Position numbers and translations under genes: made by a program. This document shows, in pieces, positions 34,901 through 44,500 of a stretch of 64,000 bases of DNA. The notes below the pieces were generated by a model. The model was not told where the DNA came from. It was given only the letters and a program-made list of their open reading frames with translations, and did not search any database. Each line of letters begins with the position of its first letter. Within the stretch, counting starts at the first letter, position 1. The DNA comes from Podarcis tiliguerta (taxonomy: Eukaryota): NCBI GenBank assembly GCA_965153285.1, contig OZ229117.1. One strand, given 5' to 3'.

Positions 34901-37268
34901 AAGTAGGGTGTGTTTGTGACCTGTGGCCCTCCAGATGCTGCTGTTGTACTTCCAACTCCCAGCAGCCAATGATCAGGGATGATGGGAGCTGTGACGCTCC
35001 ATTCGCATAAAGAGAGTCAAGCAGGAGAGAGTAACCCCCCCTGTAGCAAAGGCACCAAACAAGGACCAAATAGTGACTTTCGTAGTGAGAGATCAACAGA
35101 TTTTTGCAAGAGCAGTTCCAGGTTTAGAAGCCAGAGGAGGAAGGCAAGAGCTGAATTGGAAGATGGATAGCAGGAGTAAGGAGAACACTTCACAAGTTTG
35201 TAGGTGAAGAGTGGAAGGGGAAATAAGGCACTCCTGAGGAAGCCTCTTCTGAAGCAAGTATTTTGCATTGGGAGGAAATCCTCCATTTGCATCCACATCA
35301 TCTTCACAGTAGGTATTTTCCCCAAAACTATAGCAGGAGAGAAAGGGCTTACATTCCTCCATCAAGACCATAGCAGCAATCCCAATTGATGAATCCCCAG
35401 TTGATGCTCTTTGCCTTTTTTAGGGCGGTGGCAGCAGCGGCAGAGGGGTGGGGGTGGGGAGTCTGCGTTAAATGCAAAGAGGCACTGAGGGTTAAGTCTC
35501 ACTTAGCCCTCAATTCCTGCAATATCTGCAACAACTAGACTATAATAAGAGCTGTTGTTTGTGCACACAGCCTGGCTCTAGAGCACATGTTTAAAACCTA
35601 AGCACACTTAGTTGGAACGGCTCTGCCTGTTTGTTCCCAACCCCCTTTAGTCGCCAACAAAAAAATACCCCATGACTATTGACATGAGATATTCAGCTGC
35701 TTCATGCCAAAAATAAAGCAGCAAATGAAACAACAAATCAAGACCAACATCTAACTGTGGGAGTTCAGCTTATTTAGAGGCCAGGAGATGAAACGCAACC
35801 CAAACACACATCCTCCACCTCTGCTGGCCCAGGCTACAAGACACAACACAGGGACTATACCACTGAGGCAGCCAACAGCTGTTCCTAGGATACCTCTGCA
35901 AGGCTGACCAAACAGCATGACTGAACACCAATCTATGGTGATCAAAATATCTGCTCTGGCCTAAATATATGGTTTGAGTCATACTGGCACAGCAAATGCT
36001 ACAGGTCCATCAATTTATTGTCAGTGCATACATTCTCAGCTATGATGTCAAGATATAAACTGGACAATATTCATTTATTGTATGTGTTTTGAGCGCTTAT
36101 CTATTTCATGCCTGTGGCTGCCAAAAATTTATATATCATTTTAACTCTGTCATTGCTTTTTGTCTCTTGTTATCTCTGGACTGCAGAAAAATGTCATGTT
36201 AGACTGAGAATTGTGCAATGCAGGTAAAACGTACCTGGACTGCATTCTAATACACCACAAGGCCATCTCAAGTTAGGCAAGCGGACCTTCTATAGCCATA
36301 ATTTTGCACACAAAAATTCTAAGCTGGGAACCACCCAACTTTTTAGAAGAAATTTATCCATGTTGTATTGCCAGGCAAAGCAGATGGGGACTGTGTCCAG
36401 AAATGCATCATCACTGATTTGTATGCTGCCTTTCTATAGTAAGACCACGTGCAAGACTGGTGGTTTAAAAAGCAATAAGAAATTTACAGAGCAGAAACCA
36501 AAAATCTAAAGGCAAGAGAGGAAGGCAGAAGGCAGCAAACCCACCCCCCATAAGTGAATGCTGAGCTTTGGGCACCCTAACCTCACTGTGGGGGGCTCCC
36601 CTTGGGAAGTTGTGCCAGCCCCAATCCCCCTTGAGCATGCCAAGAGTGCAAAAAAGGAGAAAAAGCCAGGCCTCCCTTGGTGGCTCTTCTCTCCTCCAGG
36701 GAGATACCTTCAGATGCTACTTCCCAGACGCTGGATCACCCCTCTCTCCTACCCCCACCCCAGCATCCTGCCCTGATAGGAACCAAGCACATGACCATCG
36801 TGGGGCTCCAGGAAGCGGCAACCTCCCCAGCTGCGGACAGCGCTGTCCTCCCCCCGCACCAACAGCCGCCGGGACTAGTAGCCACGGGCGGCGGCGCCAG
36901 CCAGCCCCATCCAGGGAGCAGCTGGCCCCGTGAACTTCTGAGGGGAGCACAGCCAGAGGCTTCTACCGCCTCCTGCCCCGTTGCACCTTACAAAGGCGAC
37001 GGCTGCGGTTTCGCCTTCCGGCGCTCTGCACGCGCTCAGAGGCCGCGCACATATCTCTCTCTCTCACCGGGAGCGGGGCGTCGAGAAGGCGGTGGAAAGC
37101 GGGCAGCTGGGCGGCGAGCGGCAGCGCCTCGGCGACGGGCTGGGCGGGCGGGCGGCGCGGCTCCGGGAAGGCGGCGCACGAGAAGGGGTCCCCGTCCTCC
37201 AGGTACTGCAGCCGGCACAGCACCGAGCCCGGAGGCGGCGAAGCGGAAGGAGCGGGAGGCTCGCCCAT
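5135..37268 (-). CDS. FHOD1: FH1/FH2 domain-containing protein 1 (formin), complete 24-exon CDS: complement(join(5135..5217,5712..5888,6709..6868,7052..7244,7555..7745,8608..8769,9482..9601,9983..10165,10383..10535,11459..12444,12554..12711,13699..13752,14394..14417,15314..15424,15754..15962,16106..16249,16371..16465,16659..16770,17727..17821,19936..20041,20393..20460,27748..27812,28196..28302,37068..37268))
   Basis: Spliced translation gives GBD/FH3 ([20 protein letters not shown]...), a poly-Pro FH1, FH2 ([14 protein letters not shown]...[15 protein letters not shown]...GNFLNGSQ) and a DAD plus basic tail ([12 protein letters not shown]...[29 protein letters not shown]). It totals 3957 nt with consistent phases; 22 introns are GT-AG and one is GC-AG. 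The N-terminal extension, the LHETAPAW exon and the C-terminus fit FHOD1 better than FHOD3. Confidence 0.95.
5712..5888 (-). CDS. FHOD1: FHOD1 exon 23 (DAD: [12 protein letters not shown]; basic tail [10 protein letters not shown])
   Basis: TTCTAG acceptor, C|GTAAGC donor, 177 nt. Confidence 0.93.
5960..6440 (-). mobile_element. Degraded L2-type LINE ORF2 fragment in FHOD1 intron 22
   Basis: Translates to [18 protein letters not shown], typical of the L2 ORF2 C-terminal region. Confidence 0.65.
6709..6868 (-). CDS. FHOD1: FHOD1 exon 22 ([10 protein letters not shown]...RRSRASR)
   Basis: TTGTAG acceptor, G|GTAGGG donor, 160 nt; GHKSMATVL resembles human SHASMKSLL. Confidence 0.88.
7052..7244 (-). 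CDS. FHOD1: FHOD1 exon 21 ([10 protein letters not shown]...[11 protein letters not shown]), GC donor
   Basis: CCGCAG acceptor, GAG|GCAAGT non-canonical donor, 193 nt. Confidence 0.92.
7555..7745 (-). CDS. FHOD1: FHOD1 exon 20 ([16 protein letters not shown]...VVHRRVLN)
   Basis: CTCCAG acceptor, AG|GTCTGT donor, 191 nt. Confidence 0.95.
7900..8385 (-). mobile_element. CR1 LINE 3' fragment
   Basis: ORF2 C-terminus [24 protein letters not shown]; terminal ATTCTATG-type repeat (plus strand CATAGAATCATA). Confidence 0.9.
8608..8769 (-). CDS. FHOD1: FHOD1 exon 19 ([18 protein letters not shown]...TRSAK)
   Basis: TTTCAG acceptor, AAG|GTCAGG donor, 162 nt. Confidence 0.95.
9482..9601 (-). CDS. 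FHOD1: FHOD1 exon 18 ([10 protein letters not shown]...GNFLNGSQ)
   Basis: GTGCAG acceptor, CAG|GTGAGG donor, 120 nt. Confidence 0.95.
9983..10165 (-). CDS. FHOD1: FHOD1 exon 17 ([19 protein letters not shown]...DYEAMEQ)
   Basis: TTTGCAG acceptor, CAG|GTACAC donor, 183 nt. Confidence 0.95.
10383..10535 (-). CDS. FHOD1: FHOD1 exon 16 ([25 protein letters not shown]...KEGIE)
   Basis: CCCAAG acceptor (AAG type), GAG|GTGAGA donor, 153 nt. Confidence 0.92.
11109..11334 (+). mobile_element. Tc1/mariner-type MITE (TIR CAGTGGTACCT), copy 1
   Basis: Terminal inverted repeats, TA target duplication at 11107-11108 and 11335-11336; closely similar copies at 17226 and 45890. Confidence 0.9.
11459..12444 (-). 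CDS. FHOD1: FHOD1 exon 15 (linker, FH1 poly-Pro, start of FH2)
   Basis: CCCTTAG acceptor, AAG|GTAGGC donor, 986 nt; contains [16 protein letters not shown], poly-Pro tracts and [14 protein letters not shown]. Confidence 0.92.
12554..12711 (-). CDS. FHOD1: FHOD1 exon 14 ([24 protein letters not shown]...FATIP)
   Basis: CTCATAG acceptor; weak G|GTTTGG donor chosen because its phase fits exon 15; 158 nt. Confidence 0.82.
13699..13752 (-). CDS. FHOD1: FHOD1 54-nt cassette exon 13 ([18 protein letters not shown])
   Basis: CACTAAC branch point, TTTTTCTCCCAG acceptor, GA|GTAAGT donor; phase 2-2; same length (18 aa) as the second half of the human long-isoform insert. Confidence 0.82.
   Translation of the reverse strand, partial: ARGKPLSMWGQAYSEAL
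14394..14417 (-). CDS. FHOD1: FHOD1 24-nt cassette microexon 12 (LHETAPAW)
   Basis: CCTTTTCCAG|ACTTCACGAAACTGCCCCTGCTTG|GTAAGT; symmetric phase 2-2; resembles the human long-isoform insert LHQTASVW. Confidence 0.85.
15314..15424 (-). CDS. FHOD1: FHOD1 exon 11 (PAFKSMYSS...GERSIFK)
   Basis: TTTCCAG acceptor, AA|GTAGGT donor, 111 nt; ends like human SERSIYK. Confidence 0.88.
15754..15962 (-). CDS. FHOD1: FHOD1 exon 10 ([22 protein letters not shown]...SSQD)
   Basis: TTGCAG acceptor, AG|GTGAGT donor, 209 nt. Confidence 0.92.
16106..16249 (-). CDS. FHOD1: FHOD1 exon 9 ([24 protein letters not shown]...QQLAIYE)
   Basis: GTGCAG acceptor, GAG|GTGATG donor, 144 nt. Confidence 0.95.
16371..16465 (-). 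CDS. FHOD1: FHOD1 exon 8 ([32 protein letters not shown])
   Basis: TTGCAG acceptor, AAG|GTGAAT donor, 95 nt. Confidence 0.95.
16659..16770 (-). CDS. FHOD1: FHOD1 exon 7 ([37 protein letters not shown])
   Basis: CTGCTAG acceptor, G|GTGAGT donor, 112 nt; not shown in the ORF track. Confidence 0.95.
17150..17690 (+). mobile_element. CR1-type LINE 3' fragment interrupted by a MITE
   Basis: GGAAGATTCAGGACAGATAAA...GGATGGCTTTAAAGGAGGAATAGACAAATT...GGGCATCTGGTTGGCCAC tail; same family at 25090 and 54215. Confidence 0.75.
17226..17451 (+). mobile_element. Tc1/mariner-type MITE, copy 2
   Basis: TIRs with TA target duplication, 226 bp. Confidence 0.9.
17727..17821 (-). CDS. FHOD1: FHOD1 exon 6 ([32 protein letters not shown])
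   Basis: TTCCAG acceptor, TTG|GTGAGT donor, 95 nt. Confidence 0.95.
19871..19906. repeat. (CT)n microsatellite just downstream of FHOD1 exon 5
   Basis: Visible dinucleotide run. Confidence 0.95.
19936..20041 (-). CDS. FHOD1: FHOD1 exon 5 ([35 protein letters not shown])
   Basis: CTGCAG acceptor, G|GTAAGT donor, 106 nt. Confidence 0.95.
20393..20460 (-). CDS. FHOD1: FHOD1 exon 4 ([23 protein letters not shown])
   Basis: CCTCCAG acceptor, CAG|GTAAGG donor, 68 nt. Confidence 0.95.
21843..22025 (-). mobile_element. tRNA-headed SINE
   Basis: Reverse-strand B-box GGTTCAATCCC and ...GCATGCAGAAGGTCCCAGG head; related copies at 31308, 39470, 52545 and 60688. Confidence 0.7.
25090..25445 (-). mobile_element. 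CR1-type LINE 3' fragment
   Basis: TCTGTCCTGAATCTTCCAACATTCAGC and tail motifs shared with the 17150 and 54215 copies. Confidence 0.65.
27587..27627. repeat. Compound (GCG)n(CAG)9 trinucleotide repeat in FHOD1 intron 3
   Basis: Visible repeat. Confidence 0.95.
27748..27812 (-). CDS. FHOD1: FHOD1 exon 3 ([21 protein letters not shown])
   Basis: TTGCAG acceptor, G|GTGAGT donor, 65 nt. Confidence 0.95.
28196..28302 (-). CDS. FHOD1: FHOD1 exon 2 ([35 protein letters not shown])
   Basis: TTTGCAG acceptor, AG|GTGAAA donor, 107 nt. Confidence 0.95.
30655..31040 (+). mobile_element. Degraded L2-type LINE reverse-transcriptase fragment
   Basis: [15 protein letters not shown] followed, after a frameshift in a poly-G run, by HQYADD (RT YADD motif). 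Confidence 0.7.
31308..31425 (+). mobile_element. tRNA-headed SINE, 5' part
   Basis: CAGTGGTAGGGCATCTGCTTTGCAT head. Confidence 0.6.
31778..31926. mobile_element. hAT-type MITE
   Basis: Ends CAGCGGTTC...GAACCACTG; imperfect 8-bp flanks GGGTAGAC and GTGTGTAC. Confidence 0.55.
32810..32935 (-). mobile_element. CR1 3' end fragment
   Basis: CATAGAATCATAAGTTGGAAGGGACCC...TAGTCCAACCC, shared with the 7900 and 57093 copies. Confidence 0.8.
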
Positions 37269-37950
37269 GGCCGCAGCACCCAGGCTAGCCTCGCCTCAGT
37301 CCCGGCGAGAGAGTTTGAGGCGAATTGCGGGAGGGGAGAGGGGCGGAGTCGAGACACAGCAGAGGGAGGAGCTACTAGCCCCGCCCACCAGCCGCTGCCG
37401 GCCTCTACTGGCCACACACAATACACCAACACACACCGGGAGAGGCCTCTGCAGGCCACTCCTGCTGACCACTGAGAGCCGGAAGTTTATCTGCGTCCAC
37501 AGAGCCCCAAGCTCTTTGGGCCTAAGGAGGGGGGCGTGCCGAAGCCTGATTGGCCGCCGCTGGCCTGGTGGGTGGAGCCATTCGGTGCCTGCTCCACGTG
37601 CGCGCGCTCCAGCCAGAAGGGGCAGCCCCGGCGACGCCAGCAGCGAAGTTTCCGCAGCGGAAGGGAACGAACGACGGACCGACCTTTGTTCGGTCCCTCG
37701 GTCCGCGTGGGCTGGGGCTTTTTGGTGAGGCACCCTTTCGATTTGCCTCTGCCTCGCAGGGGTAGCTTCCTCGCACCGGACGCCCTTTCAACCCAGCCTG
37801 GTTTTGCATGCCCGGGGCAGAACGTTTTTTGACCCTCACTCCCGCCGTGGCCATCTCCTCCCCTCCTTCCTTGGGGAGGGCGGGTGTCTCGCCCCCCGAC
37901 CGCCTTCTCCGCACCCCCGGGCCCAGGCGCTGCCACCAGGAGGCAGAGCG
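36830..37950. promoter_or_regulatory. CpG-island promoter of FHOD1, possibly bidirectional
   Basis: Very CpG-rich; ETS CCGGAAGT 37479-37486, GC-box-like 37531-37540, CCAAT (ATTGG) 37549-37553, E-box CACGTG 37595-37600. Confidence 0.85.
37068..37268 (-). CDS. FHOD1: FHOD1 coding exon 1 (MGEPPAP...LLDAPLP)
   Basis: ATG in GCCATGG context inside a CpG island; 201 nt; donor CCG|GTGAGA. Confidence 0.95.
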
Positions 37951-39315
37951 CCCTTAGCTAAGACAGGCCAGCATTCATTTTAGGCAGATTTTATAGGAAT
38001 GAAGAGGAACTTCTTTCAGAATAGATTTTTTTAGCTCAGAACTTTACATTTTTACTTTCAACATGCTTTCCATCTGCTTTAAGACCCAAGAGTAATTTCC
38101 TTTTTCAGTTTGTAAGTGAAGATAAGAGCTGGCCTGCGGATCTTTTGGGTTGGCCCCCTGCTTGCTTTTTATTGAAATATGATTAAACGGGTATATATTT
38201 ATATTGTGTAAGCGCAGTTGAATTCAGTACGTTTTTTTCTGAATAGACATGATTAGGCTTGTATTGTCAGACATCGTGTTTCTCAAGTCGCCCTGTTTCC
38301 CCTGAGGTACACCATGACCCCCTTTCCCAGCAGCAGTGCACACACACCTAGCTCAGGGGCTTACAAACCTGTCAGTCAACTCACAAAGGAGGTAAAATTT
38401 GAAGAGAAATGGCAACAACTCTCATTTTTTGCACAGGATATATCCTCTTTGGTAACACTGGCAGAAACAATTGGGTTATTTCTTTTCAGCAGATTGATGC
38501 TTACGGGCAATAATTGCTAGGATTGCGTTTTTCTGCAGCAACTCTTCTTTCCAGAGATGGAACAAAATCCGTCAGATACCACAAGTAGGCTGATGAGCAG
38601 CCTCCTTTGCCATAGCCAGAAACTGCTTTTGGTTTCTATGAATCATTCCTGGAGTTGTCAGAGTTGAGTAAGCAGTCCATGGCAGCAGCATCCCAGAGGG
38701 ATCAAATCACTAGCCTAGATTTGGGTTTATGTGACGAGGAATTTCCATGGTCTCTGGGGGAGCCATAATGAACCACAATTATCCTGCCTCTTACCATGAT
38801 TTCCAGTCTGTTGTGGAGATCTCTAGAATCCTTTCTGAAAGTAGGGAAGGGGGAGGTGTAGAAGAAAATAGTGATTGCTGTGGCCAGAGGCTCTTGCCAG
38901 ATGCCAACAAGCCCTTGCAGTGATGCTCGACCATTTTGGGGAACTTTTTGCTCCCAATCCTTAGGCTCCCAGAGATGGTACATCTTTTCCTAGCTGGGGC
39001 TGTACATTTATTTGGATTAAGGACAACTCTCATCCCCCAACAGCAAGAGTCCACACATTCATTTAGGGAGGGGAGTCATTTTGAATATTGCATTGAAATT
39101 GATGCCTGTTACACTTCTAGTTGTATGCAGTGGCGGGGGGGGGGGATGGGCATGGATGCCCAGTCTGAGAGAGCAACAAAACCCCTCTTCTACATGATTC
39201 GAGCTTGCCTGCAATTCTGAGAAAGGTGCCCTCTTGAAGCTTCTGCAACACCCCCCCCCCTTACAGAGGCACAGAGAATTGACAGCAGGGAAACATCCCT
39301 TTGAATGGTCAAAGA

Positions 39316-39414
39316 CAGCCTTCCCCAACCTGATGTTTTGGAATACATTACTGCATTGGCTGGAGCTGGTGGGAGTTGTAAAAACATCTGGAGGGCACCA
39401 GCTTGATGAAGGCT
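39316..39414. mobile_element. Short palindromic MITE-like repeat (related copies at about 33198, 34905, 47513, 55480 and 58590)
   Basis: Recurring GGGAGTTGTA...AACATCTGGAGGGCACCA motif with inverted ends. Confidence 0.6.
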
Positions 39415-39469
39415 GGAGTCATGCAAAAACACAACTTTATTATTAGCACTTTAGGAAAAAGAACACAGG

Positions 39470-39600
39470 GAATGCACTTATGCTGAGTTCATTGGTTCAT
39501 ACTGTCTACTACACTGACTGGCAGTAAAGGCTCTCCAGGGTTCCAGGGAAGTCTGACTCCAGCCCTAACTGGAGAGATTATTGGGGACCAAACCTGGGTC
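39470..39600 (-). mobile_element. tRNA-headed SINE fragment
   Basis: CTACACTGACTGGCAG...GGCTCTCCAGGGTT shared with other copies. Confidence 0.6.
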
Positions 39601-41066
39601 TGATTCAACTACTGATTCAGTTTTGCAAATTGGCCTGCATTGATTCTAGTTGGTTTGTCTATGTGAAAGACCAGCTCCTACTCCTACAAAGCCACAAATG
39701 ATTTATGCTGGTTGTCTGTGCATGCTTTGGACCTTGTGCAGAGCATCATAGTCCATAAGACTGAAAGTGGCCCCTTTAGAAACAGCCTATTTTTCAGAGC
39801 TATTTTTCACCAATATACTTCCATTGAAAGTGGAGGACCCCCCCCCCAATATTCAGAAGCACCTTGATCTAAAGAACAGTGACTTCCTGCCTAAAAGGGG
39901 ACCTCTCTGCTTGGTTGGGAGGGAGGGAGGGGAGTTATGAGGTCCATATGCCAGCTTTCTCAGACCTCCAAGAAGCTTGGCACACATGACAACTGTCCCT
40001 TTTGCCCAGAGGTAGAGCCAGCTCTGAGTGTGGTTGATGGATTGCATTGCAGGATATGTGTGTGTTATAACAGTAGGGGTAATGAGAGAGTTGCAAGGGC
40101 CAAACTGGAGGAGGACTGCCTTGGGCTGTGAGCATCAACCTCCTCCCACCTCACCCCACTCACTCTTATTCATGGCAGAGGGTGACCTGAATTCTTATTT
40201 TCCACCCTTCTGGTAGGGGGAGATCTTGGTTTCTCTGGAGAGTGGCTACACAATCCTAACTTAGAGGTTTTAGAAACTCATCCCCTTTTTGGTGGTGGGG
40301 CACATGCACTTAGAAGCCCGCTTGGTTTTGGCAGCGCCTGCCCTCAACTCCATGCCAGACCTCTGATGGCCTTCCGCAGCCCATCGCCTCAGCAAGCTGT
40401 CTCTGAGGCAGGAGCTGGAGCTGTTGGGTCTGACCACAAGTGGGGGAAAATCTTCCTCAGCACTCAGAGGGCTAGTCAGCTGCTGGCGGCAGCCCTGCAG
40501 CCAGTCCAGACTTTTTGGGGCATCAAATTGCATATCTTACTCTGTTTTTCTCCAGTGTTTGGATATGTTTTATGTTTCCCAGTGGGGGCCAGGAGACTAG
40601 CAGGGTCTCTCTTTTGCAAGACATCAAGTGAGGAGCAGAGAGCTGTGGAGAGACAGACAAGGGTGACCAGCAGGAGTGACAGTCGTGCCTTCCCGGGCAT
40701 GCAGCCCCACTGACTGGCAGACTGGCATCCCTCTCCCTGGACTTTCTGCACTTAAGAAGGCAGCAGCCTCCCTTTGGAGCCTTTCAGGGAGGAAGAACAA
40801 CAGAACATCGCCTGGCCAATGAGTTTGAGAAGCTGCCCTGATTTCTGGACCCTGACCTTGCCATGTTGGTGGTTGCAGCCGTAGGAGGAAAACCAAACCT
40901 GTTTCTTGCCACATGCTGCACTTGAAGAACCAGAGAGGCAGAGGGGAACTCCTGGGTTCCATGTTGGGATCACTCACCACAGCTGCTAGATCACTTTGAC
41001 AGGTGAGGAGAGTCCACTGTAAAAGGGATGGATTGAAACCCATCAATTCATTTTCATAGCTTTATT

Positions 41067-41198
41067 GAATCATAGAGTTGGAAGGGACCACAAGGGTCAT
41101 CTCGTCCAAACCCCTACAATGCAGGAATCATTTTGCCGGATGTGAGCTTGAACCCACAGCCCTGAGATTAAGTATCTTATGTTGTTACTGACTGAGCT
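41067..41198 (-). mobile_element. tRNA-Lys-like SINE head fused to a CR1 3' tail
   Basis: Minus strand AGCTCAGTCAGTA...CTTAATCTCAGGGCTGTGGGTTCAAGC, followed by CR1 terminus ...CCCTTCCAACTCTATGATTC. Confidence 0.7.
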
Positions 41199-41580
41199 GT
41201 ATGTAGGGCTACCTTTGAAGTTGGTCCAGAGGCATCACCTGGTGCAGAACTTAGTGGCCAAGTTGCTTGGGGGAGGGGGGGGCAAACTACTGCCAGCACA
41301 TAACGCCTTCCTTGCTTGCAGGGTTTGCAGTGGCTGCCAAGCTGCTACCCAAGTTCAAGGTGTTGGTACTAACATAAAGGGCTCAGGGCCAAGTTACTTG
41401 AGAGATTTCCTTATCTTGTACCTGTCCTTTATGCCCTGCGTTCTGCAGGAGCATCTCTCCTCAAAGTGCCAGAAATACCAGAAACCTTCTCCACAGTCCC
41501 TGCTTTGTGGAACAGCATCCCTGTTGAGATAAGACAGGCATCCACTCTCTGGACTTTCAGGAAACAGATTTTGCCAGGCA
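41199..41580 (+). mobile_element. Degraded L2 ORF2 fragment
   Basis: LYVGLPLKLVQ..LVQN motif. Confidence 0.6.
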
Positions 41581-44500
41581 GCACGACTTTCCCTCAGGGT
41601 GGCCACCTTGGGAGGGCCTCTGCAGAAGTGCAATGGGGTTAGAGAGGCAGGTGGTGTTGCTTTGGTCCTAACAACCCCTCAGTCCCAAATCCATCGGTGC
41701 TCACCATTTCTCTCAACAAGTCCCATGCTTGTCTACTCATCCCAAATCCAGCCTCTTGGGTTTGCTTAATGTGTAGACATCACCTTGTTTTCAGGTGGCT
41801 TTTATTACTATTATTATTATTACATAATGTATTCATATCCAGCCTCTCTCTCTCTCAAGTTGGGTTCCAAGGTGGATTACTGCGTTTCAAAACATTACTA
41901 AATACAAAGGAATAAAGACAAGCTAGTTAAGAACTGTAATTACGTTAGAACCAGCATTTAAACTACAATTTGCCCTGTATTTTACAGCTGCCTTTGCTGG
42001 TTCTGCTCAGGCTTCTTGACCCAGATTCTCATGCAGAGCAGGAGCTGCAAGAATAGAGTCAGACTGTTATCCCGCCACTTTGACTTTGGATAGCTCCCTT
42101 CCTAAGACCCTTCTTGCTGGAGGTGCACTGGAAGGCTCTGCTGATGGGTTATGGGCTCTGCCCTGCCCTGCCCTGCTCTTCTCCTCTGTGTGCCTCTTTA
42201 GAAAGCTGAGCTTCTTCCTTACAGAGCAGTCTAAATCCCAGCCAGATGGGGCACCGTCACTATCCGCCATCTCCACCGTAGCCCTGTTTTTCAAGCTAGC
42301 TTGCGCAGAAGGTGGCGGTGGGGAGGCAAAATCCTGCTTTGATTTATTTACTGATTATATCTCTATGCCACTTTTTCATTCAGGCGATTCACAAACAATA
42401 ATAATAACATGACAGAGCATAATAGAACATCAACATATACAGCTTAAATCGTATAGAATAATTAACAAACCATCAGCGAAACAATTGGTAAAACACTGTG
42501 AACAAAGCAGCAAATAAAAAACAAGCTAAATATCCACAATTAAAGCAAAAGTCATCTTATACAACTGACAAATCAATACAGCATTTATAATCTATAAAAT
42601 AATATTAACGGCATTAACAAAATTGCAACCAAAAAATAAAGTAAGCCCTGTTAAGTTCATATGCACATCTAGACACCCCCATGACTTACACATGACTTAC
42701 ACTGTCTTGTTCTTATTTAAATACACATAATGCTGGTGGCAGCAACTCCCCTCTGGAGCTGGTGTAGCCACTGAGATGTTTTGTGCTGCCACCAGCAGGA
42801 GGCCCTCCAGCGGCTCTCCTGCACTTTCAATGCTGCATCCACCACCATCCCCAGCATGGTGGATCGTGGGTTTAGATTGTGCCCTTAACCTTTCTGATGG
42901 ACTAAGTTTTAACTTCATTGTTCTTTCATAAATAGACCAGCAGTTCAGATAAGCTATACAAGAACTGCATTTAATCAAAGGACTTTGCCAAACAGCTCTT
43001 TGGCCAGCTAACTAAGAAGAACAATGCAAAACCTAAACTGCTGGATCAAAATAAAGCTTCTGGCAGGCTCAGTTTCTCTGCACATGAAAATAAGCTTTGG
43101 GAAACATGAGGTGCTAGACTGGAGTCAATCAATAATTTTTTATTGCATATAGCCAAAGGCCTTCACAATGTACAGCAGAGAGCAAAAGCAGCTCGTCTGG
43201 AGTCAGTAAGGTTAACAATATGATTGACAGTAAAGTATTGTAGTCTACTATATTGTGCAGCGGAGACTTTTGAATAATGTAACAACAAATATATTTTAAG
43301 GAGGTTCAAATTTTAAGATAGCTGGCTTTTTTGGGACATTGCCCCCCTACCCTGTCTTAGAAGAGACATCCCTGTGGCTTCTCATGCCACACAAACCCTT
43401 CCACAAAGTCCTGTTTTAAAATCCGTAACTATAACATAATAACAATGATGAAGAATCCAAACCTTTGTGCCAGACGGATGCCTTCACTGGTCTTCCTTCC
43501 CCTCCCTCTGTTAACAGAGGGCTCCATGGCCTCTGGACCAGATGGTACCAGGTCAGTTCATGTCAAGGACTGTGTCCAACCTCCTGAGGTGTAGAGGTGG
43601 CTTTTCTTTCCTCTGTCCCTTTTTCAGATGTGGAGTCTGTCCAGCTGGGATTTCACATTGCCTTGTGCTATTAACCCCCACTCTCAATGCCATTGGGAAG
43701 AATTTCCGCTGCGTTTCTTCCCTCTGCTCTTCAACTTCTTGTTTTAAAGTCATCTGAAAGGCTTCGCTGTTGCCTTCTAGCACCTGACGAAGGGCAGGTG
43801 AGCTGTTGTCCAACAGTGCAAGATTGCAGAGCGAGTCTAAACCCAGGCAGCAGCGGAGCCAGCCCTATACCCACAACCCTTCTTAAAGTTTACACCAGTT
43901 GCTTGCAGCAGTATAGAGGCCGCATTCCTGCTGCTGGTTCTCTAATGTGATGAACAAGGGGAAAGAACAGCAGTGAAAATGAAAGTGTGTGTTTGAATGA
44001 GCTTCCAAAGGTCAGCCACACTGTGTGGTGGCAAAAGAATGCAGTTCTGTGCCCTTGTGTTCAAACTGCCCCCCCCCCCAATTTTCTAAAAGTGTAGCTT
44101 TAATTACACATTTCCTGCTCGCAGGTTCATCCCATTTTACTGCTTCCTAAGAGGCAAGGGTGGGGGACTGGTAACTGATAGCCTATTAACTGCCCCGATA
44201 TAACCTCTTTTCACTGTTCCAATGTCAAGTTTCTGTTCTTGCAGGGGGGAAGGCTTTATTTTCATTCTTCAATGAAAATATAAGAAGGAAGGGTTGCCAT
44301 CCCACCTCACAAGGTTGCTGTGATGAGAAAAAGAGAGTAGCTTGGAAGAAATGCAGAATAAAGATTCGATAAGCATAAAGGCACAATAATCAAGGCACAA
44401 TAAATGAGGTATTACCACTAACTCTTCAGCTGCCTTGATCGGGAAGCAATAACACAATTTGAATCTACTTGGAGGAAGCAGTTAATTAACTGCTGGAATC

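Noticed and set aside
36677-37936. Several 100-200 aa ORFs on both strands at the FHOD1 promoter
   Set aside because: Stop-poor CpG-island sequence; only 37068-37268 matches a known protein
41140-41198. tRNA-Lys gene
   Set aside because: Degenerate arms and fusion to a CR1 tail indicate a SINE head, not a functional tRNA
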